This document shows positions 1-11,758 of a stretch of 64,000 bases of DNA, one piece after another. The position numbers and the translations under genes are program-made. The stretch is from NCBI GenBank assembly GCA_038496445.1, contig JALMLS010000076.1:186001-250000 (forward strand), written 5' to 3'. The notes beneath the pieces are model-generated. The model made no database searches. It was given only the letters and a program-made list of their open reading frames with translations, and had not been told where the DNA came from. This DNA is from Trichosphaerium sp. ATCC 40318 (taxonomy: Eukaryota > Protista > Tubulinea). Each line of letters opens with the position of its first letter. The stretch's first letter is position 1.

Positions 1-307
1 CACCAGAAAGAAGGGAAAGATCTTTGTCTGTTGCTTCAGGGAAGGCCCACAAAGATATGATGGTGTTTTTGAGAAGAGGACTTCCTGAAAGACGAGAGCA
101 ATCTGAACTTGATTTAACCTTTATTGTTCCATAGCCAACGTGGTGGTGTATGATGTCTGATAATCGTTTACAGCTTTGAGAAACGGCAAATCGATTCTTA
201 ACGGCCACAAACTGAAGTAAATGGGCGATTATCTCTGAAGGGAAGTCTAAAATCGATGTATCGCTCGATCTGTCCTTAAATAAAGCACGTGATAGCTGCC
301 GATCCAT
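1..307 (-). CDS. F-box + LRR family protein, 5' part (runs off window start)
   Basis: Manual translation from ATG 307: MDRQLSRALFKDRSSDTSILDFPSEIIAHLLQFVAVKNRFAVSQSCKRLSDIIHHHVGY...TDKDLSLLSG. It has the same F-box (SILDxPxEI...RFA..C.RL..IIH..IGY) and first LRR as the genes at 29956 and 59968. Not in the ORF track. Confidence 0.85.
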   Translation of the reverse strand, partial: MDRQLSRALFKDRSSDTSILDFPSEIIAHLLQFVAVKNRFAVSQSCKRLSDIIHHHVGYGTIKVKSSSDCSRLSGSPLLKNTIISLWAFPEATDKDLSLLSG

Positions 308-715
308 AAGAACAATCACTAGATATTAGGCGCTGCGCTTACTTGAAGTTAAGGGCGTCTTCGTGTAAACGTTATGGGAAACAACACGTTTTGTGTTTAA
401 GGCTGTTCCTTAATCTGTTGTTGTTAAGTTTCAATGTAAAAGTCAGTAACCAACCAGTTTCAGACTCAAGAAAAGTGATAAGCTGGTACAAGACCCAGAA
501 AAGATATCAACAAACGATTAAAAAAACAAGTCAGCTAGTTATGGAAGTCTATAAACCTGGTTCTATTTACAGACTAGAAAAATACAACTTTATAAACCAA
601 TACTCGCGGCAGTAAAGGGGATACAAACGAAAGTTAAGTCCATCAACAAAACCAGAAAAAACCTGTTCGTTTTTGTCCAACAGCTCCATATCGGTCACAC
701 GTCAAACTATTAGGA

Positions 716-2727
716 ATGAACATGTTGCTTTGCGTTTTATTCGCGGTTATATGTACGTAAAAGCGGTTTAGAGAGTATTAGCTTAAAGAACAGATCTAGT
801 GGCCCCTGCGTGCTCTATAATCAGTGTGACGCATACCAATGGCACTGAGACGTTCTACGACTCATCGTCTCTTCCGTACGGAGGTCGAGTCTTACTTTTT
901 TTTAAAATCTTCTTTTGACAGTTACTCTGGCATTCCAAATCCAAAGGCATCAATATCTGGAGTGCTAGGCACAGAAACGGAGTATTCTGGCTTAGTAGCG
1001 CTCATTACAGAAGAAGAATACAGGCTAAGAACAGGAAGCGCAGAGAAGGCAATATTGTGCGTATGCTTACTGTAAAAAGAGACTAAAAACAAAGCAAGGA
1101 AGTACCAAGATAGAGGCGCTGTTGCTGTTATTCTGCAATCTGAAAAGGACGCGAAGCCAGGGTTCGGATACTACATTACTGATGGGATTGCATCAGATGA
1201 CGATGATATTAAAATTATATGCGTTGACATTCGTTATGAAGACTTTATTACTCTTCAACAGCTTGCCAGAGATAACATTACTATGAATATTACTATAATA
1301 CCAGAACAAAACCCTTGGGTACACAAAACCGTTGATCTGCATTTTTCTTCCTTTTTTTGGCTATTCACTTGAGTCTAGCGACATGTCTATTTTTTTGTTT
1401 TATGCAAGTAATACTTGTAAACAATTAGGGGCGCTTCTTGGTGTTTAGCAGTTTGATGTAAATGAAACTAATGCAAACCTTTTATTGTAGGTTGCTGTAT
1501 ATGGCTCAATCGCTTTTAATGTTCTATTTCAAGGGACTATGCTTCTCTTTGTCGTTTTTAATATCAGCTTATGTTTACTACGCTTACTGAACGGTTATCT
1601 AAGTAAAAAACTGTGGGTATTTCGTGTACCAACAGTAATACTCACGATAGAGTTGATTTCTAATTTACGTACGTTTTCTTTTTTCCTTGTTTTTACTTGA
1701 TTATACTGACGTTGCGTTCAAGTACGTCTTGTTTATGCGATAGACCCTATGTCTAGTCATAGGCTTTACTCATTCAAGATGGCAGATGTACTCGCGACTG
1801 TAACTTCTCCGTTTACTCTAGCCTCCTTTTTACTTCTCACACTTCATTGGTACGTTAAAATGTGAACTTGCAAGCTAGTCCGTAATGGTTTTGTCTTTTA
1901 CTAATTTCCTCTACGCGCGTAGGCATGCTTTGCTACATGCAAAAAATATTCAACTCAATAGCTTTATACCTAAGCTTCGTATTTATTTCATAGCATTTGT
2001 GATCTTTTCTTTTGGTTATGAGCTTATATTTGATGTACTTAAAATAGTATTAACAGGAGGCTTCTCTACAACCCTCCTTATTACCCAAGCAATGTTTTAT
2101 GTCATAAGCTTTGCTGTAATAGCAGTTTTATACTCTGTAACCGGATACAGAGTATTGAAAAAAATTGCAAGACTGAAGCGTCTAGCGTCCGTTAAACCGA
2201 AATCTCTATCACCTATAAGAGGCGTACGTTGTAAAATCAATAGTAGGATTTTCGTGCTAAAGCTCTTGTTTCAGGTTACTATTCGCGCTATTGGAGGTGG
2301 TCTATGCTTAGTAGGTTATATACTCTTCTCAATGTCCACAGCAAGCAGCCTTTTTTTGATTCCTGCTGCAACATCCGTAATCATCTACACTATCTATTTC
2401 TTTCAAAATCTGGCTTCTGCGCTTATGATACTCAATTTCTTCGCAAACTCAAAGTCCATCAATAGCACTAGTGCGAATGTCGCCAAATCAAAGGGAACAT
2501 ACGCAAGCGGGAGAGTTGCAATGTCACAAATAGACATTGTAACCATGAAGAAAGGTGATTCTACTGGGATTGACACCCCATCTACAAGCAGTTCACCACC
2601 ACAAACGCCAAAGGAGCTTGAAGTAGTTGTCGATGAAGAAGACGCGAAAAATGCACCAAAAAAAAAACGGAAAAAGACGCGGCGTCCGAAGGAACAACGC
2701 GCTGTAGAAGTTGATAATGTACATTAA
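716..2727 (+). CDS. Signal peptide + PA (protease-associated)-like domain + multi-pass (~7TM) membrane protein, multi-exon
   Basis: Spliced: MNMLLCVLFAVILAPACS...KYQDRGAVAVILQS...PEQNPW, then hydrophobic helices (...LLLTLHW|HALL...) and a Ser/Lys-rich tail. GTACGT/GTGCGT-AG introns keep the frame. Confidence 0.75.
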
Positions 2728-2922
2728 CGTTCGTTTTGGGCTTGCAGTACAATAAACTTGATCTGTACTAAATCAATCGTGTTATTTATATTACCAATGT
2801 GCTCGGTACGTTATACTCTAAAGCGTATCAGGTAAAAGACGCCAATTGGATGCGCTCTCCCTCCTGACTTAATGTAGTTTTGAATTTGTGAAAGGGTTTT
2901 CAGGCTTGGGCGCCATATAGAG

Positions 2923-5900
2923 ATGCTATGGTTTAGTCTGCTTTTTACAGCGACTTTTCTGTCTAGTTTAGCTTATGGTGCTTCACCCGCAAAAAACATG
3001 GTTGTAAGATTCCCTGATGGCCAAGAGCGTGCGTTTAAAGCATATATGTAACTTGTAGACTAATTTTAAAAATAAGATGTCTTTAACGCACCATTGTTGA
3101 AGTTTACATCCAATGAGGTCGTAGTTAACTACACACTTACACTGGTACGTTACTTGGCTAAAAAAAAAGGTCTTTCGAGTACAAAACGTATTATAGATTT
3201 TAACGAAAAAAGCACACTGCACTAACCAATAAAGTATCAGAACGCTGACAGCTTGTTTTGATACTTCAATGTTTCGGTTTTTTATTTTACGGACTCCTTT
3301 GTCACAAAACACCACCGATCATGTCAGTTTTACCAGTGCCTTTTTAAGCAAGTGTAGAAAATTATACCATCACCTGAAGAAAACAGAAAAAGAACGTTTT
3401 TTTTTTTTTTTGGGTTTTGTACACGCTAACTTTACACAAACATCATAAAATACATTGTTTTCTATTAAAACATAATAAGTACATATACTAACATATATAC
3501 AAATAGGTTGCAGATACATACAAAGGGAATATGACGAATAAAGCCGTTTTTGCTAAATTCAATTTTATTCCTATGGATAAGTTCGTTAAAAAGGCGCTTG
3601 ATAAGCTCAATGGTCGTCCTATTATGTTTGTATCTGGAACACTTGATAAGTACGTAGTTTTTTTGAAATAAAAAATCTTGTGCTGTAACGCTATCCTAAG
3701 TGGTCAGCGTATGATGTATCCAGCGACCGTAGTTGTTTTTGACTAAAAAACTTTATTGTAGAGTTGGTGGAAGAGGTGTGTTTTTGACCGACTTTAATAT
3801 GCCAGACGATATCATGCCAATAGTGGAATTGGGTGTAAAGGACTGCTCAATATTAATTGATGCATTTGAAATACATACAGAGCTAAATGTCACTTTCCTA
3901 GGTGAAGGTAAAGCACAAACATAATTTTTTTTGGATTTTTTTTTGCTTTTGTTACAAAACGAAAACAAAAGATAACTTGCTTATGCTCGTATTTTTGATC
4001 GATTTGACAATTTATTCTTGTCCTTGGGTGGGTTTTTTTGTTTTGGTTGAGTTGTTGCAGCGTTCTCTTGATGTAAAGAGACGCTAGGCAGAATATCAAA
4101 AAACCAGAAAAAAAAATGCCGATATCGAGAGAACAAGAATTCTGATTATTTTTCAAACAAAACTAAGCAACAAATCACTTCAAAATACCCTTTAAAAGCG
4201 TCAAGAAACAAAAGGTTTCTTAGTGGGTACAAATATTCTAAAAAAGAAATATTTCTCCGTTCTTTTTGGGTTCCTCTTTTAATACCTTTATATTCACGTG
4301 TTTTAGCTTATTTCCAACTTTTCTTCAAAAAGTCTACTTAATATTAATAAACTACATAGGTGTTAACGAATGGAAGATATGGTGCGACTCCTGGGTGTCG
4401 TACTTTACTCAATACGGACTTACAATGACTCCGTTAGTTTCATCATTAATTTTTGTATTATACACTCTTTATAGTATTATACAACGTCGTGCTCTCACAA
4501 CAATCCCAGTTTTGATTATATCTCTACACAGTGTTGCTTTATTACGTACGTTTAATCAATATAAACATCATATAAGCTTATACAACGTTTGTTTTAGTTG
4601 GCATTGTTCTTTGTCTTGATGTCATTCACAGAAATTTATACCCAGCAACTGCAACAGTTGCTCTTCTTGATGGTGTAATACCACCTACTATTGTAAGTAC
4701 AATACTTGTTTCAATGTATTGGTACGTACCCAAAAAAGCAACACATAGCACTGCAATCGGCGCTGTGATGCTAAAGAGTTTTTTTTCTTTTTTTTTTTTT
4801 CTGATTCACAAAAATCTTGAAGACTCTCTATACGTTTGGAATAACTATTGCGACTGTCAATTAGATTATCAAATCTATGTTATAACATTATGTTTTTGTT
4901 TATTGGATTTTTTTATTAGGCATGAGACGCTTTGCAATGCTGGTATTCAAGTTAATACTTACTTAACACGCTATCAAATACCTTTTTATTGTGCATCTGT
5001 ATTTTTACTTGCACTTTGGATTACATTTGTATTTATACGTATTTTATTACAAGTGCCATATGCTGATACTGCATACGCATCTTTCTTTATAATCTGTGTA
5101 ACAGGTACGAATATTTTTTTTTAATTCTCATTTTTTTCCATGTTTTCTAAAAATGGTTACATAACGAGCATGAGCGATATTTTATGATTGTTTTATTATC
5201 ATAAACTATTTTATTACTATATTAATTCTTTGTATTATCATTGATGGGCGTTTTTAAGCTCAGAGTAGGATTTCTTTAGATCACTACCAAAGCCTTTGTT
5301 TTGTTTTTTTTTTCTCGAGGTCTGCTTGTTTTGCTTACAGCTGTATAGCTATTATGATATTCTATACAGTTACTACTATTCGTATAGCTGTTAAAGTACA
5401 TACTGCCGATCACAGAAGCAGCAAACCTATAGTACACCGAGTACGTGTTTACTATTTTTAATATTTTTTGGAGTTGCTTCTTCTAACTCCTTCTTATTTA
5501 GCTTCTATGGCGCATGGGTTTTATGTTACTAGGCTATCTATTATTCATAGTGGCGTTTTTGATAATTATCAGTGGCTTCATAGGCACTCCAGTCGGTACA
5601 CAAACAAACACGTTCTAAACAACTTTGTTGACTCTTGAAGAAAAAAAAACTTTTTTTGTGAACTCTTGATCTTGAGCTATTTTCTGATGATGGTTAGGTA
5701 ATTCATTGGCATTCACTTTTACCTATGCATTTGCAAGTGTTGTTGCTGCAGTACAAGTAATGGGACTTCATGTTCCAAACAGGAAAACAAAGTCACTCGC
5801 TAAAGATAGCTCTCGTGCTAAAGACGAAAGCTCAAACTCGCTTGCTAAGGATAGTGAACTTGCTAAAAGTAGCTCACTTGTTAGAGATGATAAAGATAGT

Positions 5901-5996
5901 TTAAGTATAACATCTGGTGATGAGTTAAATGTTGTCGGTGAAAGATCGTTATCACATGTTATGAATACTACCTCAAGTTCAAGTTTTGTAGATTAG
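2923..5996 (+). CDS. Second PA-like + multi-pass membrane protein, tandem paralogue of 716-2727
   Basis: Signal peptide MLWFSLLFTATFLSSLAYG. GEG|VNEW aligns to PEQNPW. It shares the intron at W|H (VSMYW|HETL vs LTLHW|HALL). Ser-rich tail with SLAKDS-like repeats. Confidence 0.7.
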
Positions 5997-6515
5997 AAAA
6001 TAAAGAAAGAAAATTAAAAAAAAAAAGAAACAACCAACAAGAACATTATTTTTTCAAAGACCTCACGCCTCCTAGTTTTTATTTTTAAAGAAAATATTCG
6101 ATATGGTAATAAGAGTTGAATAATCTAGGCTGTTTAATGAATGCAGTTTCTTATAGTGCTACCAACTAGTTTTTGACTGGAGAGACAAAGTCGTCAGACT
6201 TCTTCGACGGTGAAAATATAGGTCACAAGAAAGTGAGAGACTTTGTACCTCTCTATCGTTGCAACAAGAGCTACCCAATAACAAGGTATCGTAATCTCAA
6301 CCTCCCCGCTTAAGCTCCTCCATCTCCTAACTTGCGAGTCAGAGGTCTGCCTCTTGGCGGCTAAAGGCCATTACATAACGCATATGTTGATTTTTATCCC
6401 TAGCTGATGTATTTTTTTCTTCCCATAAGAACAATCTTTAGTCATAACGTGTCAACGTAGTCATAAACAGCTTTGCGAGTTATCTAAGCTGTCTTTGTGG
6501 TTGCATTGCATATAC

Positions 6516-6596
6516 GCCGATTTATCATGTATGTATGTAACAGATGAGGGTTTGAAGGCCTTGGCAGGTGTACAATCTAACAAACTTAGCAACAAT
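6516..6596 (+). pseudogene. Isolated LRR relic of the F-box-LRR family
   Basis: Translates ADLSCMYVTDEGLKALAGVQS, matching the TDEGxKALAGVH consensus. No F-box or further repeats nearby. Confidence 0.7.
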
Positions 6597-6834
6597 CAAA
6601 AATGTGAGGTGAACTTATTTTACAGACATCACGTGATGTGATCGGGGAAAAAAAAGTTCGCAAAGTAGTTTATTCAATCACCAACAAACCAATTCCACAT
6701 TCTAGTGTTACAAAGAAGATAATAAGCCTGTAGCTTAGTGGAAACCAATATCATTAATTTAAATATAGTCTAATTTGTTCTTTATTATCTTGCCCATTAT
6801 CTAAAGCTCTGGTTAGGAGTATTTAAAGTGAGCA

Positions 6835-8315
6835 CTACCATACCATTTCAGCATGTTCAAATTTATAATCAGTAGCCATAACAACAGACAGTAAATTCGT
6901 GTATCCATTCATTATGTACCTCTGAAAAAATATTTTAAGTACAGGGCTACTTAATCAACAACTTTTTTGGTGTTATTACACGTACCTGCATTGAGCATAC
7001 TGTCGGTATACCAGTGACTGCTGATATAGCTTCTATTTGACGAGCAGCATACCTAACATTTGATAATACAGTCATTGCACCGTGGTTCAGAATAGAAGCA
7101 TTATTAAAAAATCCGTCAATAAATATTCCTAAAACATGAGTACGCTTTGGAACAGACTTAAATCCACATGTTAGAGAATAAAGATCAATTAACTAACACA
7201 AGCGGTACCTTGATATTTAACGTACGCAATAAAGATGCCTCAGAAGCTCCTACCTTACCACCCTTTTGAATTAAATGCTTGTGTGATAAAATTTCGATTT
7301 TCCCTCCCGTTATTTTAGAAGCAATATTCAAAGCTGCTCAAAACAATTAGGTGGTGTCAGTTTATCAGAACTTTATGTACCAGGTATAAAGGACGTTTTG
7401 GTTGGCTCCAGATCTGAGAGGGTAATTAGAACTTTGAGTTTAATATCGTGATCACGTGCTTGTTATGCCTGGACGAAGAAAAACATCAACTGGGCAAGTT
7501 TGACCTACTTTGGCATACTGAAATTCTGATACAAGGTATACCAAATCAGAAATAACATTAAAATCGTCATTTGTGAATATTAAACCTCTACGGCTACCAG
7601 CAAGTTGATCTACAAGGAAGTATTTGTGATAAGTTCTCTGAAAAATAAGAAAAAAAAAACACAAAGAAAATCATCAAAAAGAAAAAGCTTCAATCATTCG
7701 CTCATGGAAGTCTAGCTTACAGCTAAACCAGAACACTACTAAAACCCACTTCCCTACTTTATATTGTAGCTAATAAGATAAATAAAGAGTTCTAAAACAA
7801 CCGAACTGTCGGACAAATACAGAGAGATTGTGTGCGACTTTTGATGTTTTTTTTTTTTTTTTGTGTTTTCTGGCTTTTGTACATACCTTGTAATTTTTTG
7901 TACTCCGCTAACGCGGTTTTAGTCGTTGCAGTTCTTTTAGCATGCATTTCAATAGCTTTACGCATTATCGACTAGAAAAAATCCGTTACGCCACCACATG
8001 GTGTGGGGGTTTCCCGCTAGGAGCGCTGGGCGGCGCTTAAAAACAACTTACTTGTTTACACATTGTCAGAACAGCATCATGAGCTCGTAATCCCGACCTT
8101 ATTGCTGCTAGAATCGCACTCGTTGCTTGTGAGCAATCAAGGATCATAACCGTGTCATAACTCCCTAAATACTCCAACAACAATCGCAGGTGCTCTTCCT
8201 TCCTTTCTTTATTGCGTTGAGCACTCTCGTATTCTCTCCGTTGGTATTCGCTATTAGCAATAAACTCTGTACTACCATTAGCCCTTTTACGCGGGTGTTG
8301 AAGTGCTTCAGCCAT
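6835..8315 (-). CDS. Hypothetical multi-exon protein (weak resemblance to an inactive RecA/Rad51-paralogue fold)
   Basis: [11 protein letters not shown]... exons joined by GT-AG introns. Segments VMILDCS and VLGIFIDG are beta-strand/acidic motifs. The family assignment is not secure. Confidence 0.55.
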
Positions 8316-8548
8316 TGTTTTGTGTTTTGAATGGAAATAAATACAAAACCGAATTTTCATCGAACGGACTTATATTTTTACATGGTTTGTGAACATAGGT
8401 ACCTCCCACAACTCTGCAAGCTATCCATTATGTGAGCGTCAGGGCAGAAAGTCACGTGCATACTACAAATAGGAAACCCAAATATGTCAAAAAAAAAAGG
8501 CAAAAATTCGGCACACTAATCGTCGCTACAGCTAGGATAGTGCCATTT

Positions 8549-11319
8549 CTAGCATTGTGGTATGAACCATGTTACTTCCAGGACAGAACACAGAACTTTT
8601 TGCTGGATGTCTTGTCTCAGAAGGGTTGTCAAGAACTGAAGCTTTAGACTTATCAAGTATGATGAACACATTCACTTAAAATACATATGCAGCTTTACAG
8701 TTATAAAATATAGCAGCGAATGGCTAAATTGTACTTGCTGAAAAAAAAACAGGCTGTAAAACTTACGAAAATACAAAGATGTTGCGCAATTATTGGCATG
8801 GTCATCCAGAATTTCATATAAATTTAGCATAAGACCATTAACTTGTTCTAAACAAGTATTACAATACTATCAAGGGCGCTCTGGGAGGAAAGACGTTCAG
8901 TCTTTGGTGGCTCTGGTGTAGCCGCGCGAGCTGATTTATTCTACCAAGTCAATAGTGTATGTAGTGATAAGTTATTGCTTAATTTTACCATCACATGGCA
9001 GATTAAATATCAAAGTAGGATGTTCAAAAATAAGATGTTTTAGGCAGGAACAACTCATCTGGTATGTTCAAAAAATCCTCTTGGTATACGTCTTCACTGA
9101 CAGCACCTCCCACATCCTTCACTTGATCAAAATCTTCATCTTGCATTTGAAATAGCTTCTCTAAACTGTTTTTATCATACTGCAATCCATGGAAATCAGC
9201 TGTATCCATCAACGACCTAAAATCCAAATGTCAAAATTGTTATTCCTCACTTACCTCTTTTTTTTTTCTCGTCATGTTTGTAAAATTATGAGAAATAATG
9301 TACAAACCTCAATAATCTCCTACAAGGCTCTCCAGGAAATTCATTGAACATTTTCACCATCACCTAAAAAAGAAGGGCCAAGTAAGTTTCAACAAATGTA
9401 AGTCAAAATTTGGAACAGTAAATCTATTTACCTCTTTCACTAGTTGTACATCTCCTCCATGTATTGCAATCAACCCAATATCATGCGTAAGATACAAGTG
9501 TTTAGGGCTTCTTGCTGGATACACACAGTAATCCTTGAATAGATGCCTTGCACGCTTAAAAAAAATGAAAAAAAAAATTGATGTAAAAGAGAAAAACATA
9601 ATGTTGCCTGCCATACCTTTACTGCTTCATTGACTTGGCCTCCTGCAAAGTATACAATAGCATATATAATAGCACTACTAGTTCTAAAACTTGTCCATAA
9701 CTCAGGGTGTGTACTTTGTTGAACACTTGATATTAGATCCTTCATTACAGCTAGGTCATAAAGAAACTGTGCGAATTCATCTTGTGACTTGAAAAAAAAA
9801 AAAAATCAACCTAATTTCTTTGAAAGGCAAAAAAACATTTGACAATGTACAATCTTGCTCAGGCGGAACCCATTTTCAGTTTGAACAGAAATTGTCATCC
9901 AAATCTAAACAACACAACAAGTTAGGTCGCTTAGGTTAATGGATATTCCTACCTTGCCTAAAGAGCACCACATAAGCTGCAGCTTAAGGGGCATAGATGC
10001 CTTTATTGGATTTGCAAAAACAGATGCTAGTTCATCTCTAAACAACGACAGCTTCTGCAGCTCCTTCTCCCTAAGCATTCAATTTATCAATATCTTTTTT
10101 CCTTGGTGATAGAATAGCTTACCTGTTTGTGAAGATATGATGTGTGAATAGCCTACATCGTCGTTCAAGAGTATGCAAATAGTCAAGTGATTTATACAAG
10201 GGATCTTTCACGAGTTCACAAAGCATGTCTAGTATTAGTGTCACATGTTAAAGAACGCTTATTAGCAAAAACTACAGCCTTGCAAGTTGACATACTATAT
10301 CCTTTCTTATTGTAGTAGGAAATACTGTCCGCTTCAAAGAATCCGCACCCTCTGCCCAAAAGAACTAGGCCAGCTTTCAACATGGTTAGCAGGGCCAGAT
10401 GTTCAAAATGAGTTACAAACAGCTTACTGGCAACGCTGGGATGTGATGTGTCTTCTAAGTTTATAGACAATTGTTCACATGCTTCTAACAACTTCATTGA
10501 CGCTTCTACATGTGTATCTTGAGCGCCAATTGCAAGTATACTAAGAACTTCAAAGACTTGAAGTTCACCCGACAAAACTTGAGTTTGTTAAGAAGGAGAT
10601 ACAAAATTAAACCATGCCGTACTACTGCAAGTTTCAAACAGCTCATTAACAACCTGTGAGTTCCAGTGACGTACAGGTACAGCCTAGATTGTATCAGAAT
10701 GGAGACGGGCTGTTTATGAGCCGTGAATTTCGTAGGCAGATGACCGGTAATCCATAGGATTTTACTTGAGATTTTGGACTTCTGCCACGAAACTTACGGC
10801 CGTTGCGTACATAACGTGGATAATATTTTCTCTTATAAGACTCTAACCATATTGTAACACAAGCTGTAACGTTTAAATCAGCGCACAGTTGTAGAAATCT
10901 TGTCTTATAGACACGTGTCAGATTAAAAATAAAAAAAAAAAGTAAGAAAAAAAAAAACCCCAACAACAAAATGAATACCTGCTTTCTCTGCGTGGTCTTA
11001 CTATACATTCTACGCCAATGAGCGATTTCACGTTCTTGCAAAGCCAATTGCTCTTTTAATTTCTTTATCGTTAATGGACTCCCTTTTGGCTTGTTATTTT
11101 ACTACAACGGAGAACAAGTCACGGACCCTTATTTGGGCCCCTTTTCTTTTGTATTGGGTAAACACAATCTATGTTTTTTTGTAAACAACGTGTACATGGC
11201 GAATCTTCACTGCACTTCGCGTGACTCTTCCTACAAGCAATACAAGCGCGGCTGCTCCGTGTACGTTTTCCAGAAGCTGTACTAACGCGTCGTTTTTTAG
11301 GCGGTGGCGGTATGGACAT
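8549..11319 (-). CDS. Zn(II)2Cys6 (GAL4-type) binuclear cluster transcription factor, multi-exon
   Basis: RACIACRKSHAKCSEDSPCTRCLQKNIDCVY..KKRGP fits CX2CX6CX5CX2CX6C, followed by a coiled coil (IKKLKEQLALQERE). Downstream minus-strand exons run to a stop near 8549. The 3' extent is tentative. Confidence 0.75.
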
Positions 11320-11758
11320 ACTAGAGACTGCGAAGGAGCGCTCAAATTGGTTTCCGCGATGCTGTCTGTTGTACAAATGGCAATTCACGAAAAAAAAGAC
11401 TTGAGTTGACTTAAAAAGGACTTTTTAAAACTAATTAGTTAAATTTAACTAATTTTGGCCAAGGATTTATCATCAGTTTGTAACAGGGTTTAAGGGGCTG
11501 GATGGTGTAATTTTCCTTTTTTACGCACGTGACATACGGTTGTAGCAATATGTAAGCGCCTTGGGCTGTATTCAAGAAATTTGTTCCGTCGTTCTATCTG
11601 CAGTACGTCCCCTTCGCTTTCTACCAGCTACAGGGTCTACTATCAGCAATGTGTGATTGTAAAATCATCTGACTATTATTTTTTTTTTGTTGGGAAGTTT
11701 GTTAATCTTCTGTTCCTTATGATTGTTCGAAAGAACTTTATGCTATGGATTGGTAGTA

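Noticed and set aside
343-615. 90-aa ORF with TTG start
   Set aside because: Non-ATG start in a eukaryote, located in the divergent promoter region between two real genes, with no motif.
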